Shown in pieces: positions 1-9,354 of a stretch of DNA of 64,000 nucleotides (its first letter is position 1; each line of letters opens with the position of its first letter). The notes below the pieces were generated by a model that did not search any database, was not told the DNA's origin, and was given only the letters and a program-made list of their open reading frames with translations. Location: assembly GCA_963674965.2 (NCBI GenBank), contig CAXXFL010000005.1, positions 448,001-512,000 on the forward strand, written 5' to 3'. A program made the translations under genes and the position numbers. This DNA is from a bacterium. Lineage in GTDB: Bacteria; RBG-13-61-14; DATKZS01.

Positions 1-791
1 TGCTCGATAATGCCCGAGTCGTCCTTGTCAGCCCCAAGTTCCCGGGCAACCTGGGAATGACGGCGCGCGCCATGACCAACTGCGGCTTCAAGGACTTAAG
101 GCTTATATCGCCCCGCGCCGAGCTCAACAAGGAAGCCTACCAGCTCGCGGTCATTGGCGCCGAGATACTGGACGACGCGATTATTAGCGACGACCTTGCC
201 CGGGAGACCCGCGACTGCGCCCTGGTCGTCGGCACCACCAGAAGGAAGGGCGGCCTCCGGCGCAACTTCCTCTCGCCGGAGGAAGCGGCCGACATGATAC
301 GGTCTTCCATCGCCGTGAACAAGGTGGCCATAGTCTTCGGGGCCGAGGATAACGGCATATCCAACGAGGACCTCGAGCTTTGCCACTGGATCGTGAGCAT
401 GCACACGGGAAGCGAGCAGGAGTCGTTCAACCTGTCGCACTCGGTTGCCCTCGTTCTTTATCTGATCAACCGGGCCGTGGTGAGCCACAAGGGAGGCCCC
501 AGAAAGCTGGCCCGAGCCGCCGACCTCGAGCACATGTTCGAGGACATGGGCCTGTTCCTGCTCGAGATAGGTTTCATTCACGAGCGGGACCCGAAGAGAA
601 TGGTGAGCACCTTAAAGCATATATTTCACAGGTCGGGGCTTTCCGACCGGGACGTGAAAATCATAAGGGGTATCATGAGGCAGGCAAGGTGGCGGATCGA
701 AAACCCCGACGCCGAGCTCGTGCCCCGGGACACCCCCCAGCAAATAAAAAGAGAGATACTGAAAAAACAACGAGGAGAGGAAAATGAATAA
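1..791 (+). CDS. trmJ: TrmJ/TrmH-family SPOUT tRNA/rRNA 2'-O-methyltransferase (start codon cut by window edge)
   Basis: Frame open from base 3: LDNARVVLVSPKFPGNLGMTARAM; SPOUT motifs VFGAEDNGISN and SFNLSHSV. Confidence 0.85.
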   Translation, partial: LDNARVVLVSPKFPGNLGMTARAMTNCGFKDLRLISPRAELNKEAYQLAVIGAEILDDAIISDDLARETRDCALVVGTTRRKGGLRRNFLSPEEAADMIRSSIAVNKVAIVFGAEDNGISNEDLELCHWIVSMHTGSEQESFNLSHSVALVLYLINRAVVSHKGGPRKLARAADLEHMFEDMGLFLLEIGFIHERDPKRMVSTLKHIFHRSGLSDRDVKIIRGIMRQARWRIENPDAELVPRDTPQQIKREILKKQRGEENE

Positions 792-3273
792 AAAAATACT
801 CGCCGCGGTAATCATGATCATAACGGCCGCCGCGCTGGCGCCCATCAGGCATGGATGGAGCGCCAAGCCCGAGAAGCTCTTCCTCGGCAAGCTGACGGAG
901 TACGAGACGCGGGCCGACAAGGTCGAGCTCGACTTCGAGGACGGGCTTATGGAGGTGTCCGCCCGCGGCGAGGGCGTGATCCACGTCAAGGCCAACAAGG
1001 GGACCAGGCTGGACTCCTTTCCCTCCTTCGCCGTGATCGAGAACGGCGAGCCCTCGCGGGCCCCGGCCGTCGAGGACAAGGGAGAGTCGCTCGAGCTATC
1101 GACCGCCCTTCTTACCCTGGTGATCGACAAGCGGACCGGGGCCGTGGACGTCCTGGACGTCGAGGGCGAAAAGATCATCGAGTCGCCTCCCGGCGGCGGG
1201 CCCTGGTTCACGGTGGACGACGAGGTGGGACTATCCATCTCGAGGCTGCCGGGCGAGCATTATTACGGGTTCGGCGAGAAGACCGGTCCCCTGGACAAGA
1301 CCGGCGAAAAAATGGCCATGCGCAACTCGGACATGCCCCACGACAACGAAAAGGACCCCCTTTATCAGACCCATCCCTTCTTCATCACCTTGAGGCAGGG
1401 AAAAGCCCACGGTCTTTTCCTGGACAACACCTTCGAGAGTTCCTTTGACATGGCCGCCTCGGACGAGAACCTCCTAACCTGGGAGGCCAAGGGCGGGGAC
1501 CTTAGCGCCTGGATTATCGCCGGCCCCGCTCCCAAGTCCGTGCTCACCCGCTACGGGGAGCTGGTGGGGACCATGCCCCTTCCTCCCCTTTGGGGCCTGG
1601 GCAAGCATCAATGCCGGTGGAGCTACAAGAACGCCGACTGGGTAAGAAAGATAAGGGACGGCTATAAAAAGAACAACATACCTCTCGACGCCATCTACCT
1701 GGACATCCACTACATGCAGGGCTACCGCGTGTTCACGGTTAACGAGGAGCGCTTTCCCGACCTGGCCGGCCTGACCGCCGAGCTGATGGAGGACGGCATA
1801 AGGACCGTGGTTATAGTCGATCCCGGCGTGAAGATAGACCCCGGCTATTACGTGTACGACCAGGGCATCGAGAAGGGGTACTTCGCCAGGGACGCCAAGG
1901 GCAAGCCCTTTTTGGGAAGGGTCTGGCCGGGCGACAGCAACTTCCCGGATTTCCTGAGGCCCGAGGTAAGGAAGTGGTGGGGCGACCTGCACTCCTTCTA
2001 CTTGGACAGGGGCGTGGCCGGAATATGGAACGACATGAACGAGCCCGCGGGATGGGACGCGGACATTAGGATTCTCGATTACTTCGTTCCCACCAGGAGC
2101 ACCAAGTGGGAATATAAAATGTGGCACGGGACGCCGGAGGACCCCGTTCCCCACGCCCGGATTCGAAACGTCTACGGCCTGCTCGAGAACCAGGCCACCT
2201 ACGAGGGCCTGAAAAGACTCCGACCCCATGAAAGGCCCTTCCTGATTACCCGGTCCGGCTACTCCGGCACCCAGAGGAACGCCCTTTCCTGGACGGGGGA
2301 CAACTTCTCGACCTGGTCGAGCCTCAAGACCAGCGTTCCCATGATCCTGAACATGGGCATGTCGGGCATGGCCTTCGTGGGCGCCGACATCGGTGGCTTC
2401 GGCGGGGCGCCCTCCAAGGAGCTTTACGCCAGGTGGATACAGCTTGGGTCCTTTTATCCCTTCTGCCGCTCCCATACCTCGGCCAACATGCCGGACCAGG
2501 AGCCTTATTCCTTCGGCCCCGAGGTCACCGACATCAGCCGCGAGTCCATCAACCTGCGCTATAGCCTGCTGCCCTACTTTTACGCGCTTTTCGAGGATTC
2601 CACCCGAAGCAACTGGCCCGTGATGAGGGCCATGGTCCTCGAGTTTCCCGAGGATGAGAAAGTCGCCGAGATTTCCGACCAGTTCATGATCGGCCCCGGC
2701 CTTCTCGTGGCCCCCGTTATCGGGAACGGGCACCGCGAGAAAAAGATATACTTCCCCGAGGGCAAATGGCACGACTTCCGCGGCGGCGACGCGGTGGTGG
2801 GACCGGCGGAGAAGGTGGTTGAAGCTCCCCTCGACTTCATCCCCCTTTACGCTCGGGAAGGGGCCATCATACCCATGGCCCCCTCCATGAAGCACACGGG
2901 GGAAAAGCCCTGGGACCCGCTTACGGTAAGGATGTACGCCTCCGACGAAAAAAGCTCCTTCACCCTTTACGAGGACGACGGCCTCAGTTTCGAGTACGAG
3001 GAGGGGAAACTGGCCAGGACGACCTTTTCCATCGGGCCCTCGGGAGACGGATACCTGATCGGCGTCGGCGGACGCGTGGGGTCCTTCGATCCCCAAAGGA
3101 GCGAGATCGAGGTCCAGGCCTTTGGCATAGGTCCCGAGGCCAGGGTCGAGAGCGTGGTATCGGAGGGGCGTCAGGCAAGGCCCGCGGCAACCTACGATCC
3201 GGCCCTCAAGGCTTGGCGGATAATATTAAACGGCGACGCGAGCGAGAAGACCATAAAGATCGTGAAGGAATAG
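784..3273 (+). CDS. Secreted glycoside hydrolase family 31 (alpha-glucosidase-like)
   Basis: Signal peptide; YGFGEK, LDIHYM, nucleophile motif WNDMNEP, WTGDN, GADIGGF. Confidence 0.92.
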   Translation: MNKKILAAVIMIITAAALAPIRHGWSAKPEKLFLGKLTEYETRADKVELDFEDGLMEVSARGEGVIHVKANKGTRLDSFPSFAVIENGEPSRAPAVEDKGESLELSTALLTLVIDKRTGAVDVLDVEGEKIIESPPGGGPWFTVDDEVGLSISRLPGEHYYGFGEKTGPLDKTGEKMAMRNSDMPHDNEKDPLYQTHPFFITLRQGKAHGLFLDNTFESSFDMAASDENLLTWEAKGGDLSAWIIAGPAPKSVLTRYGELVGTMPLPPLWGLGKHQCRWSYKNADWVRKIRDGYKKNNIPLDAIYLDIHYMQGYRVFTVNEERFPDLAGLTAELMEDGIRTVVIVDPGVKIDPGYYVYDQGIEKGYFARDAKGKPFLGRVWPGDSNFPDFLRPEVRKWWGDLHSFYLDRGVAGIWNDMNEPAGWDADIRILDYFVPTRSTKWEYKMWHGTPEDPVPHARIRNVYGLLENQATYEGLKRLRPHERPFLITRSGYSGTQRNALSWTGDNFSTWSSLKTSVPMILNMGMSGMAFVGADIGGFGGAPSKELYARWIQLGSFYPFCRSHTSANMPDQEPYSFGPEVTDISRESINLRYSLLPYFYALFEDSTRSNWPVMRAMVLEFPEDEKVAEISDQFMIGPGLLVAPVIGNGHREKKIYFPEGKWHDFRGGDAVVGPAEKVVEAPLDFIPLYAREGAIIPMAPSMKHTGEKPWDPLTVRMYASDEKSSFTLYEDDGLSFEYEEGKLARTTFSIGPSGDGYLIGVGGRVGSFDPQRSEIEVQAFGIGPEARVESVVSEGRQARPAATYDPALKAWRIILNGDASEKTIKIVKE

Positions 3274-3364
3274 GGAGGCCCGGCGAAGGCCGCGTGGAAA
3301 ACTTCAACGCTCGCGCGACGCGACCGGTAACCGGAATAATGGAGGGAGCTTTGGCCGCGGACCT

Positions 3365-6028
3365 TTAATTACGGCGAAATACCAGTCTCAAGGCCAAAAC
3401 CAGGGCCAATGTAATCGCGGACCCGATCGAGCACCACAACCCCAACCTGAAGCTGTAGGGTCGGTATGTCATTTTCAGGGAGTGAACGCCCTTAGCCAGA
3501 GGAACGCCTCGAAAAGCGTGATTCACGGGCAGGATTTTTATAGGCGGTCCATCTTCATCGGCTGCTTGCCACCCGGGATAATATACGTCGCTGATTATCA
3601 GTAAGCCCGGCCGTTTCGTTATTGCCCGCAAGTGGACCTCCTGGGGACGGTAGCTTGTAACCACGACTTTTTCGGTCCCGGGTTGAACCGGCGATAGTTT
3701 TATCTCCAATGGTTTCTCGATAACCGCCTCCGTCGCGAGACGTCCGGTATTGTTCGCGATATATTTCAGGCGCTCCGCCGCCGAGGGTATCAGCCTCGCG
3801 GAGTGTACCATAAAGGCGAGAGGCATGACCTCGCGGTTGAAAAAAACGTCCGCGTCTCCATCGCTGAAGGAAAATTCCAAGGGACGGCCGAGGCTTTCCA
3901 ATCGGGGATCTCGCCAAATGAACTCGCCGGGCTTTTCACTAAGAGGAGTCGCCGCTCCCGTCAAGCGCGTTTCATCCGCTTTGGACGGCGTCGAATCGAG
4001 ATCGGCCTCGATATCGATTTTAGCTCCTTGTCCTTGAATGGCCCTGGCGAAAATAATTTGGCCCGTGTCATCCAGCGTTTTATGGGTAAAAACCGCCGCC
4101 ATCCAGGTTTCGCGGCCGGCCGTCTGGATTTGAGTCTTGAAACGTGAATCCGCGACTTTGGCCAGATTATGCGTCCATCTCGCGGGACCTTTTTGCGTCC
4201 ACGCGGGGCTTTCAAAGTCTGACTCCCACGCTCCGGCCGCGTCCAAATTGGAGGGGTCCACCCATCGAAAGCGATATAAGGAGCCAAACTTGAGATTGTC
4301 TCTCTCGACGAGATAGTATCCGACGTTTAAATAGTTCAACAATCTAAGGGCGTCCGGGGTGAGAAAATTGTCCTCTTTCAAGGCCCCCATGAATTGCTCC
4401 CATTCCAGGGTCTCGTTGTCCACCTTCATCGCCTCGGGACAGATGAGGCTGAGGAACTCCCCGTATCTTCCATAGGGCATAGAAATGAAGCCGTCTATGG
4501 ACCTGGTATATGGCATGACTCCGCTTTGGAGAGGAATGCTTAAATCGCGCCAAGCCGACCAGGGAAAGATATGCAGGGAACGGTAGGGGCGATATTGGGT
4601 GGTGGGCCATTTGGAGTCCAGGGGGGTTTCGGGCATCTTTATTTTTTCCAGCCGAAGCGCGCCGAAAAACGAGCAAACCACGACGTCGGCCAATACGAGA
4701 AGAAGTAAAATATTGTTCGCGCCCATGAACCTCGAGCCGTTCCTCCTTTTCGCGGCGGCCGACCAGAACAGGAAAAGGGCCACCGCGAGAAGGGCCGCGG
4801 CTGAAGCGCGCTTGCCGGATAGATGGCTCGACGTCATAATACTCATTTCCGAGCCGTTTCGTGATATCCCGCCGAACCCATAAAAAACGGCCAGGTAGAC
4901 GAGTCCAAAAAGCGCGCCGGCAAAGCCCACCATCATTATCCACTTTCGGCCGTTGTCTTTCGTGGCCCATCCTTCCATCCCCAGCGCGAATATAACGCTA
5001 AGGGCCATCGAGGCTGGAATTACCGCGACGTTGGAGTACCTAAGCCGGTTCATCAGTGGAACGAGGAAGTTAAACCTTAACAAAAAGTCGGGAGGCCAAA
5101 TCCACGCGAGACAAACGATCATCACGAGCAGGGCCGCCAGGGCCAAGCCCTTCCTGGAAGTCCTCAGGGCCCCATAGCCCAGAATGAACCCAGTGGGAGT
5201 AAGAAGCCACCCTAAATACATGGCTAGCGTCAAGCCGTCCCTTTGGTGGGCGCAAAAGTACTCGAAACCAAGGTCCAGGCGCCTTACGCTCAGCGCCGAA
5301 TACTCGGCGTGCATTAAGAACTGTCCGGCCACCAAAAGAGCGCCCAGAATACCGCCCACCAGCCAAAGCCCCACGCCTTGCGCGTGAGACCGGGCGATAA
5401 TAAGCAGTAAGACGGCCATGGCGCCCAGAAGGAGAAGATCGCGGATAATTAGATCATAGCGCCCTCCCAGTATTGCGGCGGCGAAGGCGAGGGCCAACCC
5501 GACGAGGTGGAAGAGCCTTTTTTTTTCGACCAATGAAAATGAAAAGGCGAATATCCAGGGGGCCCATGCCGCCGTGTAGATGGTGGGAAGGAAGTGCACC
5601 TGCAAAAAACTCAAGGTGACCCCGAATGAAACCGCGACCGACGCGGGCAAGGCGGAGGACGGTTTAAAGCCCAGCGTCCGTAAAAGCGCGTAAGTTCCCG
5701 CGGCGAAAACGGCCAGGTGCAAGTAAAGATTTATTACGATGGCCGTTTGATAATCCCAGATCATGAAGATGAAAATTGACGGATAGAACGCGTTCGAGTG
5801 GGGCCAGCCTCCCAGGGGCAGCCCGCATAGAATTTCCGGGCTCCAAAGGGGAAACCTGAAATCCATCCATTGCTCGGCGGCCATTCGCTGGTAAGGCCAA
5901 AGTTCCGCTATGTCCTCCGCGGTGGGTAATAATATCGTCCTGCCCGTGATTAAATAACTGAAAAGGAAGAGCGAGGGCAATCCAATTATCGTGGCCCACG
6001 CTCTTCGACTTCCCATGGCGTCCCTCAT
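3365..6028 (-). CDS. YfhO-family polytopic membrane protein (GT-C-like)
   Basis: PLWSPEILCGLP N-terminal motif, many TM helices, C-terminal YYPGW...NHAFRGV...G.H...YRP. Confidence 0.8.
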   Translation of the reverse strand: MRDAMGSRRAWATIIGLPSLFLFSYLITGRTILLPTAEDIAELWPYQRMAAEQWMDFRFPLWSPEILCGLPLGGWPHSNAFYPSIFIFMIWDYQTAIVINLYLHLAVFAAGTYALLRTLGFKPSSALPASVAVSFGVTLSFLQVHFLPTIYTAAWAPWIFAFSFSLVEKKRLFHLVGLALAFAAAILGGRYDLIIRDLLLLGAMAVLLLIIARSHAQGVGLWLVGGILGALLVAGQFLMHAEYSALSVRRLDLGFEYFCAHQRDGLTLAMYLGWLLTPTGFILGYGALRTSRKGLALAALLVMIVCLAWIWPPDFLLRFNFLVPLMNRLRYSNVAVIPASMALSVIFALGMEGWATKDNGRKWIMMVGFAGALFGLVYLAVFYGFGGISRNGSEMSIMTSSHLSGKRASAAALLAVALFLFWSAAAKRRNGSRFMGANNILLLLVLADVVVCSFFGALRLEKIKMPETPLDSKWPTTQYRPYRSLHIFPWSAWRDLSIPLQSGVMPYTRSIDGFISMPYGRYGEFLSLICPEAMKVDNETLEWEQFMGALKEDNFLTPDALRLLNYLNVGYYLVERDNLKFGSLYRFRWVDPSNLDAAGAWESDFESPAWTQKGPARWTHNLAKVADSRFKTQIQTAGRETWMAAVFTHKTLDDTGQIIFARAIQGQGAKIDIEADLDSTPSKADETRLTGAATPLSEKPGEFIWRDPRLESLGRPLEFSFSDGDADVFFNREVMPLAFMVHSARLIPSAAERLKYIANNTGRLATEAVIEKPLEIKLSPVQPGTEKVVVTSYRPQEVHLRAITKRPGLLIISDVYYPGWQAADEDGPPIKILPVNHAFRGVPLAKGVHSLKMTYRPYSFRLGLWCSIGSAITLALVLALRLVFRRN

Positions 6029-6186
6029 TGCAAAGAATTCCCCCGAGGCGTTAATTACAAACGACGATCATGAACGCCGCCTTGACAAACCGGCGGGCCG
6101 GCATAAACAAATGGATTGGCCGGCGCCGACATATTAGGTACGCTCGCGACGAGAAGTCGAACGTGATTATTCGCCGACCGTCTCGC

Positions 6187-7650
6187 TCATCCTATCTCGA
6201 ATTCGTCCACAAGCTTCATTTCCTTTTCCATCAGGCGCTCGTGCATCTCCTTCCTCCTCGACTTATAGCCCTGGTCCAAAGCCAGGTTGTCCATCTCGAG
6301 GGGGTCGTCGGAAAGGTTGTAAAGCTCGAAGTCCTCCTCGCCGCTATCGGTCTTGAAATAATGCGAGTACTTCCACCGGCCGTCCCGGATACAGCGGACG
6401 TGGGAGGGGTTGTCGTATAGCTGGGTGTCGGTGGTCTCCTTGCCCACGGTGAAAACGGACTCCCAGTCGTTATAGCACATGACCTCCTCCCGGCCCGAGT
6501 CCAGGGTCGGGTCCTCGAGCACGGCCGAAAGGTCCACGCCCGGCATATAAGGGGCGCCCTCCACCCCGGCCAGGCCGGCCAGCGTGGGCATGACGTCCAC
6601 GTTGCTGGCCAGGGCGCCCGCCACCATGCCTCGGGGGATACGGCCGGGCCAGGAGAAGATGAGGGGCACGTTCATCACCTCCTCGTACATGAAGTTGCCC
6701 TTGGTCCGCAGGCGGTGAGAGCCGGCCATCTCCCCGTGGTCCGAGGTGAAGACCACGATGGTGTTGTCCGCCTGCCCGCTCGCCTCGAGGGCGTCCAGTA
6801 TCCGACCCACGTTGGCGTCCACGTCCTCGATGCAATGGACGTAGTAGTCCAGGTAGCGCCGCCACATGTCGGCGTCGGCGAGGTCCATGGGACCGCCCAC
6901 GCTCTTGTATTTCTCCTGGTATTCCCGCTGCACGCCCGGCTTTCCCTCGAGGTTGTCCGTCCAGTTGGGCGGCGGCTCGTCGGTCTTGATCTCCCTGAAC
7001 ATGCGCTGGGGATAATACCTGGGAAAGGCGCAGATATCGTGGGGGTTCACCAGGGAGGCCACCATGAACCAGGGCCGCTTGTGGTTCTCCTCGTTCCGGA
7101 GCCACCTGCAGGCCCGCCTGGTATAGACGGGATCGAAGGCGGCCCCGCAATAGGGAGGGCCACCGAAGTAAGCCTCGGGAGGCCCCCATCCCTCGAAGCC
7201 GTACTCGATGAGGTCGTCTTTTTTATTCCGGTCCGACCTTCTCGTCAGGTGCCATTTCCCCCGATAGGGCGTGCTATAGCCGGCGTTCCCGAAAACGTGG
7301 CCCAGGGTGGGTATCCGGGGATCGAGGCTCGGCTGGAGGTTTCCTTCCACGAAGTCGCAGTTGGTCAGCATCCCGTTTTGCTTGGTATAGGTACCCGTCA
7401 TCAGGCAGGCCCGCGAGGGCGAGCAGGGGGAGGCCGCCACGAAATGGTTCGAGAAAGAAACCCCGTTGGTCGATATACGGTCGATGTTCGGCGTAAACAG
7501 GGTGGGCGTCCATTTCGGCTGCCGGAGCTGGTCGACAAGAATCAATAATACGTTGGGCCTGTCCCGATCGGCCAGGGCCAGGCCCGGGCCGGCAAGCGCC
7601 GCGCCCGCTCCCGCGGCGGCGGTCCCCTTCATGAAGTCTCGTCTTTTCAT
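6187..7650 (-). CDS. Tat-exported sulfatase
   Basis: MKRRDFMK twin-arginine signal; CSPSR formylglycine motif; GKWHL; TSDHGE. Confidence 0.9.
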   Translation of the reverse strand: MKRRDFMKGTAAAGAGAALAGPGLALADRDRPNVLLILVDQLRQPKWTPTLFTPNIDRISTNGVSFSNHFVAASPCSPSRACLMTGTYTKQNGMLTNCDFVEGNLQPSLDPRIPTLGHVFGNAGYSTPYRGKWHLTRRSDRNKKDDLIEYGFEGWGPPEAYFGGPPYCGAAFDPVYTRRACRWLRNEENHKRPWFMVASLVNPHDICAFPRYYPQRMFREIKTDEPPPNWTDNLEGKPGVQREYQEKYKSVGGPMDLADADMWRRYLDYYVHCIEDVDANVGRILDALEASGQADNTIVVFTSDHGEMAGSHRLRTKGNFMYEEVMNVPLIFSWPGRIPRGMVAGALASNVDVMPTLAGLAGVEGAPYMPGVDLSAVLEDPTLDSGREEVMCYNDWESVFTVGKETTDTQLYDNPSHVRCIRDGRWKYSHYFKTDSGEEDFELYNLSDDPLEMDNLALDQGYKSRRKEMHERLMEKEMKLVDEFEIG

Positions 7651-7778
7651 TTCGGCCTCCCTTGTCTCGGTATTGGGCGTATTCTAGCAAGGGCCGGGGC
7701 GAACTGTCCAGCCTCGGGCGCCGGGGAACTTCCAATGTTCACGTTCCCCGGCCCCTGACAAAGTCGTTTCCATCTCGG

Positions 7779-9134
7779 CTAAATTTCGATTTCCTTCCAT
7801 CTTCCGCTTCGAAAGCGTCCCACGTAGAGGGCGGAAAGCCCGATGAAGTACATGGCGCAGCCCAGCCAGGCGCCCATGACTCCCCACCCGAGGACCCCGC
7901 CCAGGAAATAGGAGAGGGGAAGAAAAACCCCCCAGGCCCCCACCAGGGACACGACCATGGGGAACCTGGTGTCTCCCGCTCCCCTCAGGGCCCCGACGGC
8001 GATCATGGACATGCAGTCGAAAACCAGAAGGAACACGGCCATGTACAAAAGGGACGATCCCATTGCGATTACCTCCCCGTCGTCGGTGAAAATGCCGGTA
8101 ACCGCCTCGGGAAAAAGGGCCAGGACCATCACGAAGAGGAACTGGAAACCGAGGACCATTCTCACGGCGCTGAGGGCGCTTTTTTCCGCGCTCTTCTTTC
8201 TTCCCGCTCCGATGTACTGTCCCACCAGGGTGGAGGTGGCCACTGACACGCCCCAGACCGAGTTGAAGGAAACCGCCATCACGTGGAAGGCGATCTCGCT
8301 CGCGGCCAGGGCCGAGTCGCCCATCCGCCCGATGAAGGCGGTAAAGGCCGTCACTGCCGTCATGTCGATGAACCACTGGGTCCCGGCCGGCAGTCCTACC
8401 TTTACCATGCGGCCCATCAGCTCGAAGTCGGGCCGGCGCGTGCTCCGGGTCGCGAACCTCTCGTCGATGGTGGAGGACAGGTAAACCGCGAAAATGAGGG
8501 CCACCCCCGCCAGGAGGGAGACGTTCGAGGCCCAGGCCGCTCCGGCCACGCCCATGGCCGGGCAGCCGAGCTTGCCGTAGATCATGACCCAGTCGAGAAA
8601 CACGTTCAGCCCGTTAATGAACAGCGACGTGACCATGGGGGTCTTGACCATTCCCACTCCCCGGAAGAAGTTGGAGACCGCGATGTAGACAAGAAGCAGC
8701 CCCGAGCCCCAGAGACGGACGCTCCCGTACTCGAAGGCCAGGGCCTGGACGTTCTGGCTCGGACCCAGAAGGGCGAGCAGATCGTCCAGGAAAAAGGAAT
8801 AGCCGGCCACGATGGGCCCGGCGAAAAGGCCCAGGTATACCCCCTGCCAGGCCCGGCGGGCGCACTCCCTGCGCCGTCCTCCCCCGAAGGCCTGGGAAAC
8901 GTAGGTGTTGACTATGGCCACCGTGTCGATATAAAGCGACATGAGCGTGAAGTAAACCGTGCCCATCAACCCCACCGCCGCCAGCTCGGACACGCCCACC
9001 CGCCCAACCATCATGGCGTCGGCCGCCCCTAACAAGCCGTGGGAAAGCATGGTCACCACCGTCGGATAGGAGATTAAAAAAACCTCGCCCACCCCGCCGG
9101 GACGCTTGTTCGTGGATATGGAAAGCTCGCTCAT
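7779..9134 (-). CDS. MATE-family efflux transporter
   Basis: ~12 TM; AMMVGRVG..LAAVG, FRGVG..KTPM, GALRGAGDTRFPM. Confidence 0.92.
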   Translation of the reverse strand: MSELSISTNKRPGGVGEVFLISYPTVVTMLSHGLLGAADAMMVGRVGVSELAAVGLMGTVYFTLMSLYIDTVAIVNTYVSQAFGGGRRRECARRAWQGVYLGLFAGPIVAGYSFFLDDLLALLGPSQNVQALAFEYGSVRLWGSGLLLVYIAVSNFFRGVGMVKTPMVTSLFINGLNVFLDWVMIYGKLGCPAMGVAGAAWASNVSLLAGVALIFAVYLSSTIDERFATRSTRRPDFELMGRMVKVGLPAGTQWFIDMTAVTAFTAFIGRMGDSALAASEIAFHVMAVSFNSVWGVSVATSTLVGQYIGAGRKKSAEKSALSAVRMVLGFQFLFVMVLALFPEAVTGIFTDDGEVIAMGSSLLYMAVFLLVFDCMSMIAVGALRGAGDTRFPMVVSLVGAWGVFLPLSYFLGGVLGWGVMGAWLGCAMYFIGLSALYVGRFRSGRWKEIEI

Positions 9135-9145
9135 TTATCGGCCCC

Positions 9146-9182
9146 AAAAAGAAAAAAGGCCGGCCCGAACGCGGACCGACCC
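9146..9182 (-). terminator. Intrinsic terminator in MATE 5' leader
   Basis: GGTCGGTCCG-CGTT-CGGGCCGGCC hairpin followed by a U-rich tract ending ~11 nt before the MATE ATG. Confidence 0.75.
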
Positions 9183-9204
9183 GTCGATCGTAAGGCAAAA
9201 AATA

Positions 9205-9270
9205 CTACGAGGAGTTACCCCTCCTGATAAAGGTAATCGGCCTCATCGGTATGTTCTCCATTCGTTCCAT
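9205..9270 (-). CDS. Putative leader peptide MERMENIPMRPITFIRRGNSS
   Basis: Short ORF between promoter and terminator; AAGGA before first ATG, GGAG before third ATG. Confidence 0.5.
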   Translation of the reverse strand: MERMENIPMRPITFIRRGNSS

Positions 9271-9304
9271 AAAAATCCTTGAAGTTTTCTTATCTTGAAG
9301 AAAT

Positions 9305-9332
9305 ATGATACATCCAATTACCGCGGAGTCAA
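9305..9332 (-). promoter_or_regulatory. sigma70 promoter for leader/MATE
   Basis: TTGACT-N16-TATCAT. Confidence 0.55.
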
Positions 9333-9354
9333 GAAAAGAAAAAGGACGGGCCGC

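Noticed and set aside
1474-3096. Long antisense ORFs (also 49609-51132, 37501-38652, 44231-45364, 61811-62776)
   Set aside because: Shadow frames of GC-rich genes, with no recognisable motifs
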